Positions 49,764-62,779 of a DNA stretch of 64,000 nucleotides are shown one piece after another. The notes under the pieces are model-generated. The model ran no database searches. It was given only the letters and a program-made list of their open reading frames with translations, and was not told the origin of the DNA. The position numbers and the translations under genes were made by a program. Numbering within the stretch: position 1 is the first letter of the stretch; every line of letters starts with the position of its first letter. Origin of the DNA: Tubiluchus corallicola (lineage: Eukaryota; Animalia; Priapulida); assembly GCA_030141605.1 (NCBI GenBank), contig JAQGDQ010000191.1:248001-312000 (forward strand), given 5' to 3'.

Positions 49764-52700
49764 CACCGCGCATATACGAATACATTGCGCTTTGTTTTTC
49801 AAAATTTTTGGGCCAATTCGCCCAATTGGCAATCTTACTTACTTGTTATTTACTGGATAACTAACAACTTCTTAGAACTCGAAGCAGTCAGACTTTTGTG
49901 AAACACCCGAATTACTTGTTAACAGTTAAAAGTGTTGATGATCACATAGCATTTATACGACTCGCGACAGCAGCTGTCTGCGTTTCTTCATGGCTGTGTG
50001 TTTATTGGGTTGCAATGTTTGTTTATAAACGCCTTGCTCAATGCTGCTGCTTGAACTGAATCTGTTTGTGAAATTGTGGTGGTTTACAGCATTTGCTTCA
50101 TTGCTTGTGTTTATTTCTTCAACATTGCTACTAGCTGTTGCCAGTCTACAAACAAGCCATGCTGTCGCACAGTGTGACATTTTGGTTTTCGACCTACCAT
50201 ACAATTGTTTCGTATTTGTTGAACTGATTTAATCCTTAAATAGTGAGTCTACTAATTTCAGCATGGCGAGTAAATATTATTCGAAAAGAATAGAATAGGA
50301 AAACAGATCAAAATTAAATTAATAGCAAACAATTATGGTAAATAAAAACATGCAAATTTACGCAAAACGAAGTGAAAGCAAAATTAGTAAATCAGAGTTC
50401 CATGGGCAAAACTACCTAATTAAAAGCAAAATAGCCAACAAATTAATTTGACTATGTAATAATGACACTAAAAAAAGCAAAGTTACATGTACCTGTAAGG
50501 CCATACTGGTTTTAAACTAAATGAATAACAAATAACTATATATTATTAATGCTATTTTTAATATGATTATAACTAATATGAATATGATTCGTTTTGATCA
50601 TTTTAGATGAAATATTTTGCATATGCGTGTGCCAAGACAATTTGTTGTCTATGAAGATGCCAAGATATTTGATGTCTAGTGACACAATTGTTCATACATA
50701 CTTCGAAGTTGTCAGGAATATTAATAGATTTTCTAGATATTATCGTATACTTCGTTTTATTTAAGTTAACGGTCAGGTAATTGGAGTATAATTGCAGTTC
50801 TTGCTTATTGAATATCTCTTCCTACATTGTCTGTTTTATCGCTTTTTGCAGGCTGTTACAGATATTCGAAAATTCTCGTTTCCCTCTTGCCTCTTATCTG
50901 TGGAATTCTTTATCAGAAAATCATTTTTATGTTAACTATAAACTTCTTTTACTTCATTAAGAATAACTCAGCGATCGGCAGCTGGGTGTAAAAATTCTAT
51001 TTTTGTAGGCCATACTGTAAGTTGGTCACTGATCCACTTTTGGGGATTTGTATAAAAAACTAAGAAGAAAGACCTCTCAGTAAACAAAATTATTTTTACC
51101 TACGTGGCATTCGTTCGGTAAAATGGCTTTTTTAGAAGTCTGATTATAGCAATGCATGGACGTCGTTGATAAAAATTGCATTTTACTTGGTTTTTCTGGT
51201 TTTAATTGTGTCAATATATAAAACCCAAGTGGAGTTCACAACAAGCTTCTTTTAGAGCTAATAACCTTGGCCGTGGCGTGCTGTGTATTTCAGCACAAGC
51301 AACTTTACTCGCAAATGTTTCCATTCAACTTATATTGGCATCTTGCTCGTAAATTTTCGGTTTCGTCTAGAGTGTCAGGTCTCAGCTATTTAAAAGGAGG
51401 CGCGTTAATCTAATGTTGCAATCTTTACTGGCAGTGTGTACATCTTTTCTCTCAATCCCAAGCGCTGATGCTTCGCAGGCGGATGATCTCCTGCATCGTA
51501 TAGTTGATCTTCAGGGCGACTCTAGGACAGGAGATGATAGGTTTTTCTGAGATGAGTAAGTAAGCTATCCATTTCATCGTGTTGCTTGGTCTTAAAAGAT
51601 GACCGGTCTTAAACAAGAGGTGGGCCATATGTTCATAAAAAAAAGCAAGATGTTTCGAAATCTAACTTGGTATTCTATGTTGAAGAGACTGTAGGCTAGA
51701 GCAGGGATCATGAAACAGAGGGTACTGTACCACATGATAGACTTTTTCAAATGTGGACTGCTTCTAGGAGTATTGCTTTGACTCACTGAAGTGCAAATTA
51801 TCATTTTTACGTTTGTGTTATATGTTACTACATTTTTGTCTACAGTTGTGCTATAGTAGGTAGCATAACACCTGTCATATTTACTATTTTTCCATATGTG
51901 CCTTTTTTCTCCGCCAATTTACCCACCTTCATATGGATGAGGTAGGTTAGTTAATTCAAAACTCATGTAGCGCTGGCGGGGCGAAAGGTCATACCTACCA
52001 AATTAATGTATGATTTGACAATTGTAAACATTTTTGTTTTGTTGCAGCCGATAATGCCTTGAGCTGATGGCGACCAAGGGTGGACTAGTATATTACGTGT
52101 CGCACAAACATGTCAGCTTCCTATTTTCCTAATTTAATTGGGATTACTGCGATCCCTAGAGCTAATTATATGACGATTGCATGAGTCACAATCATTCGCA
52201 TTTGCAGACAGTAATAACCAGTATAGTAACGTACATCTCTGCACTACAGTAAAGCACTGCTCCTGATTTCCACACATCGTGCATGTAAATCCTTTTTGAA
52301 AAGATGAACTATTAGTCTATTATGCATGCCTATGGGTCGCCCATAATACAAGTAGATGATCACTTTAGTCCCTAGAGCTGTACTGGGAGCGGGTCCATTC
52401 CCTCATGTCAAATCTTTAATGGTCATGACCGGTCAGTTCCTTCTCGTTAGAACTGTAAGCCCTTTAACATTACTCAAAGAAAATGGCTCGTTTCGTGTCA
52501 TAAGTACAATTTGCTATAACATTACAGCATACGCTGTCATTGAGATGTGTTTGCCGTATATTACACAAAGGCTACACGTGATTATATCGTATTCATTACA
52601 TGGCCATTTACATGCAGAATAGCTTGCGGCTTTTTTAAGAGAGCATATTAAATGCCTTTCAGAAAAGTGTATGGATTCAAAGCAAGCACCAGGTGCTTAC

Positions 52701-55399
52701 TATTTTGCAGGCTGTATAGACACCGTGCAGAAATTGGCTTGAGTGTAATGGAAATATGATGATGATGGTGACGGTGGTCGTGGTAATGGTGAATCTTTAT
52801 TTATATGTATATTATACAATACATAGTTACACATGATGCATCTATTTATCACGCTAAAATACTTCACACAAACTATTAGACCATTTTGTAACGCTATGCG
52901 TTTTTAAACATTGTTATATTTTATTTAACTTAGCTAATGAATTGAAAGAATTTATACATACTGACCAATTACACTGTATCGCAATCGTCAGAAGGTAAGA
53001 TAGATAAACAGGCAATCTTCCTAAACAGTGTTACTGCTAGACGCGTTTTTGTCTTATTAAAAGAACTCAGATTCCAGGATTGATAATATATTGGAAAAAT
53101 CGTGAATTAAATTCGTTTATAAATGAGCAGTCAGAAAGTGCAACAGGAAAGTGCTTGCCTAGCTTGTGTTAATTAACCGTGATTAATGATTAGTTTCGAC
53201 ACGCTGGTATTGATTTGAGAATGGGTATAATGGGTATGAATGCCTGCCGTGATGTTGGCTCAATATTTCCCGCACATGTATTTTATTGAGCGCGTATAGC
53301 CACTATATAGAAAGGGTAAATATCGCTCTAGCTCCTTTAGGTTATAATTAACGAGTGTCATTACGCGCGGCATGCAGCGTCAAAAATTGGTCGCGGCATT
53401 CTTAATTTGCCAAACGCACGTATCATGTCTGTGAGCGATTAATTTTGCCACATAATGAAGCATGGTAACATAACCCGGCTGCCTAACAAAAACGCTTTTG
53501 CCATCATCATCGCTCTGGCAAGCTTATTTAACGCGGAATCGATATGTTCGTAGCGGGCACCTTCGAGCTGCTTCAATCGTGAACAACATATGCAGAATTT
53601 TTGATGGAAAGAAAATCGGCAACCAAGATTATATGCCACTTTCGTAGAAACACGTAAGGGTAATAGTTGTTTGATACTGGCATGTGTAATGTTGCTTGGA
53701 CACGCCCCGTGTGGTTCTGCGTACAGAATTGCTTTTTAATTTTCGGTTCATTTTGTACTTGCTGCTGTGACGTTGAAGCTTGTGAATCATGTAATGTCGA
53801 CAAGTGATTCAGCTAACTGGATTCATCTAATCAGCAAACTCTATTGTGAGCGCTGGAAGATAATGAATTATTACTGAGCTGTTTTATAGACGCTATCGCT
53901 TCAGCAGTCTGCTAGCACTTGAATAGATTTCGGCAATTATTTATCACATTGGCGTTAAAAGAAAAATATGTGTAGGGTACATGTTTCTCCTCTTTATCAT
54001 GAGCACCAATTTACTTGTAATTAATCAAACCTGCTAACGTTTTTTAAACGTAGTGAAAGAAATAGTTCGTCAAAAGGGATGTATAAGCGAAAGAAAAATT
54101 TAGTGCAGTGTTTCGATGTCACTTCGCAAATTGTCGACATCATTTCGACATAACAGCGCATTTTTTAATTGCTGTGCTTTATACCTCTTTTTTTGTTGTC
54201 TTCGCCAAGAATTTACCATGGAGAAGTGGAAGATCTATCTATTTACCATAAATGCGGTATACGTAGTTGCATTACACCCATTCATTAAACTGGGGAAAGC
54301 TCTTGTTAAATGTAGTATTTCTAGCAAGAAGTCGATTTTTCAAGTTATTCTGTGTAAGCGCTCTTCGTCAATTTGTCTAAACCGATTTATTAAAGGCACA
54401 AAATACCACAAATCGCATTTCGCTTTTGAAATTGCAGATTTTTACAGACTCGTACGCTCATTATTATAGTTTCTCTATTTACTTTATTGAAAATAACGAC
54501 TAGCAAAAAAACTCTGTTAACTCAGCTTCCAGCTTGATAAATCAGAGCGCGTGGCAGATTTGTATGCAATTGCATGATTAAATGAATAATTATTACAACA
54601 ATTTCCATTTGATGTTTTAAAAAGGTCAAAGTTCATTTAGGCGATTTACGTTAGTAAGTTTTATTTGCGGGTTAGTGGAAAAATGAAGCAGAGTATTCAA
54701 ATCTACGAAATAAAAGCCATAACAAAATTTTTATGCAGGGGCAGTTTGGGTTCGAACGCGGCCTTTTATTACCTGTTTTATCTTTCAACTTGATTTTCTC
54801 TCTTAACCAAACATTGGTTGGGCTTTATTATTGTTCAGCGTAGCAAATGACCTACAATTTGCGATTATTTATACCCGAATCACTGGGATAAACGTTGTTG
54901 AGAGAATTCCTTTGTTGCAAAATACAGCAGGTGAGTGGACGCTATTAGACAGCACCTGTATAACAATAACAGTAAATCAATTATACATGCCTCATTGTAG
55001 AATGCTGGCAGTAATCATCTACTGAAAATGCTGGCTTGGATACGGTGTGCTGCTTGGTATAATCCCGTAATCAGTTGTTTATGACCGCGAATAGAATCTC
55101 TCTCTCTGCAAATATTGATGTAACCTCGCGGGTTAAGATAGGATGGGGTGTGATTTTGGGTGGGTACAGACGCTCATAAAACAGATTTAAGCCTTCTTGT
55201 TAAGTTGCTCGGTAGACGTTTTGATTTGGTCATTCTTAATTATGATTACTGCTGCCGAACATCATCATAAATGCCTTTTAGCCACCTCACAACAAGGAAG
55301 AATGAAAACTCAGGCTACTTTTTCGCGACAACATTAGACACTTGTTGTTTTAACTGATAATAATCTATGTACTTTTGTAAACTACTAATAATACTGGTA

Positions 55400-55524
55400 A
55401 ATTTGTAAACTAAGATTTGTGGCATTTGTAACATTGCGCGTTACACGTATCGTTATTGCAAATGTACATGTAATCTTGTTGGTCGTAATGACAATAAAAA
55501 TACTACTACTACTACTACTACTAC
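55400..55524 (+). mobile_element. Probable LINE 3' end with AATAAA and (TAC)n tail
   Basis: AATAAA immediately followed by (TAC)8. Confidence 0.35.
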
Positions 55525-57901
55525 AGTTATATATTATGTAGACGCACCTTTAATGTGGCTTTACGTTAATACCATATTTAGTAATAATAATAATAATAAT
55601 ATATAATTTTAATAATCAACGCTTTATTTCTCATCTACAAAATAACATAGGTACAATAAACAATTCTCGAACATATTAAGTAAAATACGTATACAGGAAC
55701 ACGTCCAACAAACACAGAATTATTTTTAAGCATAGCTGATTATAAGAAAATAATTTATAACGAAAATTAAGTATATGCATATATATAAGAATAAATCTGT
55801 AAGTACTGATTTGCAGACCACAAATACGCATGATATTCGCACTACGTTTCTGTTATCGCCCCGCTTACAGATGAGGATTAGAAGATAATACTACAAGACA
55901 GAATTAACTACAGGTCTTAACTTTTTTAAACTATTTATAGGTTATTACGTGTAAATACTGGTAATAAATAGCCAATGCTATAGCATTAAAATGAGTACGC
56001 AGCCCTTTTTATTACTTGTAATGCTAATTAGGTACGTTACTATACAATATAAGTTCAGTACTTTTGTCTTTTTCAGTACCTGTGTAACTTCGCGTTTTCA
56101 TTTCTTTTCCATGCTGTACTTAACCTAGCAAGAAAATGGAAACTAATTGGCGCAACGATACTCATTTCCTAACAAGCTTATAACTTTGTTTGCCGTATCA
56201 CCAACTGTAATATGATTTGTTCCCATCGCGCTCATTACTTGTTTAAGATTCTATTTAATTATTTACAATTTAATTTTCGATGACAAAAACGAAGCAGTTT
56301 AAATATTTGATCGCCTCAAGTACGATGGATTCGTTCACTGCAAAATTTCTTACGTCCAATTAATGTAATGCAACGTAGTAAACAACGTCTCAGCTTAATT
56401 CCAGTCAGGCCTAGAGGGAAACGTGCTGGTGTAATTTTTTTAGTCCACGTTATGAAGTAAACGTACATACGTAGTGTTGGCAATTTGGTTTTGTGTTTAG
56501 GAAGAGAACGCGACGGAGAATATAACTAAGAGCGAGTGAGAGAGAGATGGAGATGGAGAAAGTAATGAGTAAGAATTAGAAACAAGGCAGAGGGAAACTT
56601 CATTCAGATCAAACTTTTGCTTATAACACGTACAGACTGGTTGATAGTTGTGAAAATTTTTGCACAACAAACTGGAATTATTCCATTAAGCTTCATTTAC
56701 ACTACAGAGAACACACGTTACGTGTCTTGGATCTTTTTTCCGTTTCGCATCTTTAATCACTTGTCGCCCGCTTGTACACTCACACTACCTACGAATTTAT
56801 GTTACATTAAAAACACACCATCATGGTCACTGCGTAAACTTTAAAATGACTTGGTCATAGCTGTACTTAGGACTGGTATATGTTCTGGTTACGTTTGCAA
56901 TCTGGATACTGGTTGTAGATTTTCTAAGACAACTTTCTGAGAGTAGTCATAGAAGGTCCAATTCCCCCTAGTGTTTTTTTTCTGGCAACGTTTCGTTCCC
57001 TCTCCCCAGGAACAGCGACTTGACGATTCTTTCTCAAGTTCTGTCAACAATAATGAAGGGAGCTTGTTAGCTTCAGCGCGCGTATCACACGGCGTATTAA
57101 CAATTAATTCTCATCAATGGCTTGGCAATCTGTCTGGATTCATTGCGTGTAAATCTTTATTTTTCCGCGCAAAGTGCTATCGGCAAACGGCCTGTAATTA
57201 GCGCGCAACGCAAGCTCGTATCACTGTTAGCCAGTCACTTACAAATCGATCTCTATTCCGTGGTGCTGATGCTGGGAAAAAGGATGCGGATAGAGTAATT
57301 GATCCGCAAATGCTGACGGAGTGATTCAGCGTGTATCCATTAAATAAGCGGTTCTGCGAGCGGGAATAAAGCAGCCGTAATGACATAAATACTGCAAGCC
57401 AACTCTATAGTGTGTTATGTAATCAGGCAGCCATATTTTGAAAGGTAGTCAACCAAAATAGTGGCTTCTTTGCTACGCGGTTTTTTGGCGTATAAATGTA
57501 AGCTGTTGAATGTAAGAACACTATAATTCGGGAACACTATTCATTCATTGTTCATACACATTTTCTGCAGTGCGCGTTTGTCATCATTGTTTACTGAGAT
57601 GATAAGCTGGCGATGAGGCCGGTGTGCGGTAATATGGCAATACCGCTAGACTGGATTAAACTGAGTGTTAAAATATTTTCTTTATACGGAAAAGATCGTT
57701 TCCGCGTGTCCTTGTCATATAAATAAAACGGTGTTTGCTCTTGGAAGCGTTATGCTGATAACTTGGAATTTCAGCGATTATTTCCTTGATCACTTAAATG
57801 AAAATGCTGTTGAAACAGTTGACATTAAAGTATTGTAGTTTTGGTGTTCAATGTTCAATGAGCTGAAACTTTAGTAGATAGTTGGTTTATTTTTTTTTAT
57901 T

Positions 57902-58291
57902 GATCCATAGCTGAAAAGCAAAAAATCTGTTAGTTTAGCATTTTTATTTATAATTTCTTTTTTCTTTTTCATTTTCAATCAACACTATTACCTTTGCTTA
58001 TAATCAAGTGGCTTGTTATAAATGAAATAGCTGTGACTATCCCTAGAACTTTGTAATACATTATGACTGTATTTTGGCATTCAGCCATTATTGTGTTCCT
58101 TACATGAAGATACGGATCCATAGCTGAAAGGCAAAAAATGTGTTAGTTTAGCATTTTTATTTATATTTTTTTCATTTTTAATCAACACTGTTACCTTTTC
58201 TTGTAATCAAGTGGCTTGTTATAAATAGAAATAGCTGTGATCTACCCCTAGAACTTCATTATTCATTAGGTCTGTATTTTAGCATTAAGCC
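57902..58291. repeat. Direct tandem duplication, about 214-bp period
   Basis: gatccatagctgaaa.gcaaaaaat.tgttagtttagcatttttattt...aatcaagtggcttgttataaat occurs at 57902 and 58116. Confidence 0.9.
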
Positions 58292-61200
58292 AAAGTTTAC
58301 AGTTGCTTTGTATTTGCATCTTTTCATGATTTCTGTTAAACAGACTGCTTTGACAAAACTCCCTTTAAACAAAACCGAAATTATATTGAACGCGCTAAAT
58401 ATTTTCATGGCTTTTAAACCAAATTTCCTACTCTATTATACTAATTTAAAAGTTTGTTTTGAATAGCTGAAATAGATGTATACTTTATTCATATGTTCAC
58501 AATTTAATGTGAACTTTGCTGCGTACGTGCAAACTAGCATTCAGTGACAGGCATTTCTTACTAGGTTGATGGTTGTAGCAGAACTGGAATCTCTCTCATT
58601 ATCAGGAATACCTCTAAGATAAAATAGTGAACTGAAGTAGGTCAGTGCCAAAAGTGATTTAGCCACTTTGAAAGCAATGTAGTGAGAGAATTAATTGGTG
58701 GCTGCCTGCCGGGCAGATGACTTGGGACTGGGACTATCCATAAAACATATTTCTCACAGTCGCCCCATTTATTTTTTAACAGCACATACCTTGACCACTC
58801 AGCTGTTTTTTCTGGGCCTCACGTTTTTTACTATAACATCAAATTTTACTTAGTAACCATTGCTTACATATAAATTTAGCCATTACAGTATGCTGAAGTA
58901 CCTGTTATGTAGAGGGTTAAGGACTTAAGATAAGTTCACACGAAACCTTCTTTCATTGCATTGCGAGTTTTATAGTGAGTTTTCTGGTCTTTGGTCATTG
59001 GTTTGCTAATCTCACAGAATATCCAAACTAACTTCAATTAAGGTTTTAGATGTCCGGCTTGTTTTTGCATGCTTAATCTTCATGCTTAATCATCATGCAC
59101 TCTTTTTGTTGTACTGTGCATTGTAATATGCTCAATGAAGTAGGTGATGTTTCTAAATGAGTAATAATTTCTCGTTATTTTCAGTTGTTTATGAAGAAAG
59201 ACATCATGTTGCGATAGTCGTTGATAAGTAGCATTTTGACAAAATGCCACAGCCAACCTTTAAATTTTCAGAGGGCTCCAGTCACCCGAGGGCGCTAATA
59301 CGTGTAGGAACGAGTTGGCAGGTTCGTTTAAGTAAATAATTTATAATGTATAATACTTAAAAAAACTGAGTGCTTTAAAATACATTATTTTCATTTTATG
59401 CAGATATATAAGTTATTTCTAGTACTGGAGTTTACAAGCATAAATTCTACATTTGTATTTTCACTTATTTGTTTGTAATAATGGAACACAAAAAAATTGC
59501 ACATATATATATGTATATCCATGTTGACTCAGATCTACATACATAGCCTTACCTCATTTTACACACACCATTTGCCTAGAGCTTTCTAGCTTTCTTTCTT
59601 TTTCCTTATCAGTATTTATTTCGATTGTTATTTTCATTACTTTGTTATTTGGTTTTTTCCTGATTTTCTTTGAAAGTAAAAATTACAATAAGAGAGTGCG
59701 AACTACGAAACCATTATTATCCGTCTTCTCTTTTGTAAATCTTAGCCCTTCTCCATTATTGTTCACTCTTTTTGCTTCATCTATAGAATTGTTCAAACCA
59801 CAGTACGAGACAGAAAACAAAGCCAAAGAACGATAAATGGTTCATTTGTTAAACATTTCACAATTGAAAGAAATTTTCCTGCAGCAAAAGCGGGAAGAAA
59901 AAGTGTGTAAGTTTTCTGTTCAGGTTAAATGGTAACAAAATTACATTCGCCAGTTAAATTATCCAAGAAAACTATTTGCAGACTGTTTATTTTTGAAACA
60001 GCACTGCGTTGTCTTGATTTAATATAATTACTACACGTTATTATATGTGATTACTGTGAGTGAAAGGGCAAACTTGCTCAGCAAGGGATGCTTGTCTCGG
60101 ATACTTGAATGAAACGAGTTTACCAGCAAAAATGCATAGCACAATGAATAACTTTCTCACGCATCATGGTACATTGATATTCAAGTGTCATCTTAAGCTA
60201 CAGTACTTGCATTTACTAGCGTCTATTCTCAAAACATGACAAAAGAACCACCACAACTTTGTAAGTGCCATAGTTAATCCGAGTTTCCGCTGCCTTGTTT
60301 GACGTATGGCTAGTTGAAAAAAAAACAAGTAGAATGTAGCTCAAAATTTGCTGAAACAAGATTTTAACTTTTACCAAAGTACATGCTTATTTAAACTACG
60401 TTTAACAATATACTCGTGTTATAAAATAGCGGTGTAATTACTTTTCTGGGAAAAGAACTGTTCTTCGTTTTCTTTCAGAATTATTTGCAATATCACCTTT
60501 ATAAATAATCAGGTGAGCGTGTTTAATGAATTAGGACCACACTACGTCATGATCTACATCTTGATAATTATATTGGGTATCTTTATCAAGTTATTCACTC
60601 CTTTATTATGATAACCATTACAAGTTATATGCATCTTAAATGAGATTAATTAAGAGTGTCAACTGTTTAAATGGGAAACATATAAATAAATACATTTACC
60701 TATGTGTCATTTCTTATGTAAAGATGCAATGTTCTCATAATAATGTTAGATAAAGTAACTTCATTATATCATGATTCTTATAGATAGCTTTTAAAGTACA
60801 CCATCATCATTTGTATTTCTAGTTTACCGTTTAACCAAAAATCTGACCTCTGTTGACAGTAGCCATGGCCCACTATGGAAGAATAATTTTGATTTTTCTT
60901 TAGGCTCGATTGCCGCCATGCAACCCTTGTGTGAGGCCGCGAGATATGCCAGAAGTTTGTGCTAATCATGAAGCTTTGGAATGGCTGCCCACCAAGATAT
61001 CTGACTCAAGTCTCATCATGTATCTTCGGGCTGCCAGGTAACCATTGTAGATAATGCATAAAAACGTTTTGCATAGTCGATCATACAGGGCGATACATAA
61101 CTGTTTGCTGGAGGGATACAAAAATAAACAGTAATTGTGCAGAACAATTTATTGCATCAAAGTATTGTTTAAATAATAGTGAATCTATCATTAGTGTAAA

Positions 61201-61730
61201 AGCCACAGACATCTTGCGAAGCCTGCAGTCTTGAGGGGTGTGATTGAAGCAGGGACTGAAGAACTTAAGATCATTCAATGCACACAGGCAACTACACATC
61301 TTGCAGATGTCGCATAATCTTAGCTGTTGCATATTGAACAATAGCATGTATTTCTATCAATCTGAATCTGTCCACTCTGTCTTTCAAGATGTCTACCAAT
61401 GTGTTTAGCAGGTTGACATCCTGTTCTTTTCCAAACCATTCAGTTCAGTCGAAAAAAATTAATCCCGGTGTTGTCAGGTCACCGTTCCAGTCATATCCTT
61501 CAAGATTGCATGCTGTGCGAAACATGCGCAGATTTCACATTAACTTTGAGGGTACCACACTAACAGTGTTTCAGCAGTCCTGTGTACTCGTTGTGTCTAT
61601 GAACCCTAGCAAAAGTTATGTGCTCCCCTGTAGAATCTATGTAGAGCTCTAGGACTTTACAAATGTTCTGAACAACCTTTGAGTAACAACCTTAGTTACT
61701 CATAGTTAGTGGAAATTTTAATCGAATGAA

Positions 61731-62266
61731 AAACAGCAAAGCCAGCGACACTGTGAAAATGCCATTATTTATTGCTGAGACATTGCATAAGAAAATTAGA
61801 ATCCATTGTCAATCAACAAGTGCTCATCTGTAAGTAACACAGAAAGGATCTATTGGTGTTTCACTAGAAAAATAAATTAAAGTGAAATCAAGTTATCTTC
61901 AAAACATTAAAGCAATGATATAAAGACATAAAATTTGTAGAACTATAATTACACTTGCATTAATACAGAAAGATGCAAAAGAATGATTATGGATTTATGT
62001 AAGTGTAATTTTGCAGCTTTACCTTTCTGTATTTATGTAATGTAATTATATTTCTACAATTTTAAGGTCTGTTAATTATTGCTTAAAAATAACGGCTTGT
62101 AGATAAGTTGATTTCTGTTTAACTAGCTTCACCATCATTATACCAATAGATCCTTTCATTGGTGTTTTCAGGTGTGCACTTGTTGATTAACAATGAATTT
62201 GAGGCTGATCCGAAATGTTTCACAATAAATACTGGTATCTTCATAGTATCGTTGGCTTTGCTGTTT
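61731..62266. repeat. ~540-bp imperfect palindrome (foldback/MITE-like)
   Basis: Nested inverted blocks: aaacagcaaagcca/tggctttgctgttt, aatcaacaagtgc/gcacttgttgatt, gaaaggatctattggt/accaatagatcctttc (16/16), gaaatcaa/ttgatttc. Confidence 0.9.
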
Positions 62267-62683
62267 ATCAATAGTTGCTTATTTTATAAAAATCATGAAC
62301 AAGCTATTCAATTTCATCAAGTAATTCTGAACTTTATTAACCGTTAGTAGCACTTTATGAAAGTTAATAATGAGAAGAGCTGTTAGTGAATTGCATATTT
62401 GTGCTACATATAGTAGTAATATGATTATTGAAATGTAAAGTCGTTTACATTTACTTGAACCTTAACCTCCTAGTTATAAACTAGGTGCTCTGTCAACTGA
62501 AAAACCAAGGATGCCCAATGATCAGATGATGAGAGCACGAAGTCTCATACTTGGCTGAAAAGCTTTTTTTCATGCTTTTTTCTACTCGGGATGGAGGAAA
62601 CACAGCATCAAGATATTGCATTTTTGTGACTATTTTAGTTTTGCCTGATCTATAACAATAATGTTTCTTTTATTCTCAGGAGT

Positions 62684-62779
62684 ATGGCTGCATTTGCAAG
62701 CATGTGCGATGGCGGTTCCACACAAGATGGCTGCCTTGCTGCTAGTCGCGATCACACCACAATGAATGCTTTACAAAAG
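62684..62779 (+). CDS. Candidate coding exon of an unidentified gene continuing beyond the window ([32 protein letters not shown])
   Basis: GC-rich 100-nt island (62680-62779) with a strong ttttattctcag acceptor and aag|gtaaac donor; only one frame is open throughout. Confidence 0.65.

Noticed and set aside
57600-57670. C/D snoRNA-like CGATGA...CTGA with an internal hairpin
   Set aside because: Imperfect C box, no terminal stem and no recognisable rRNA antisense element
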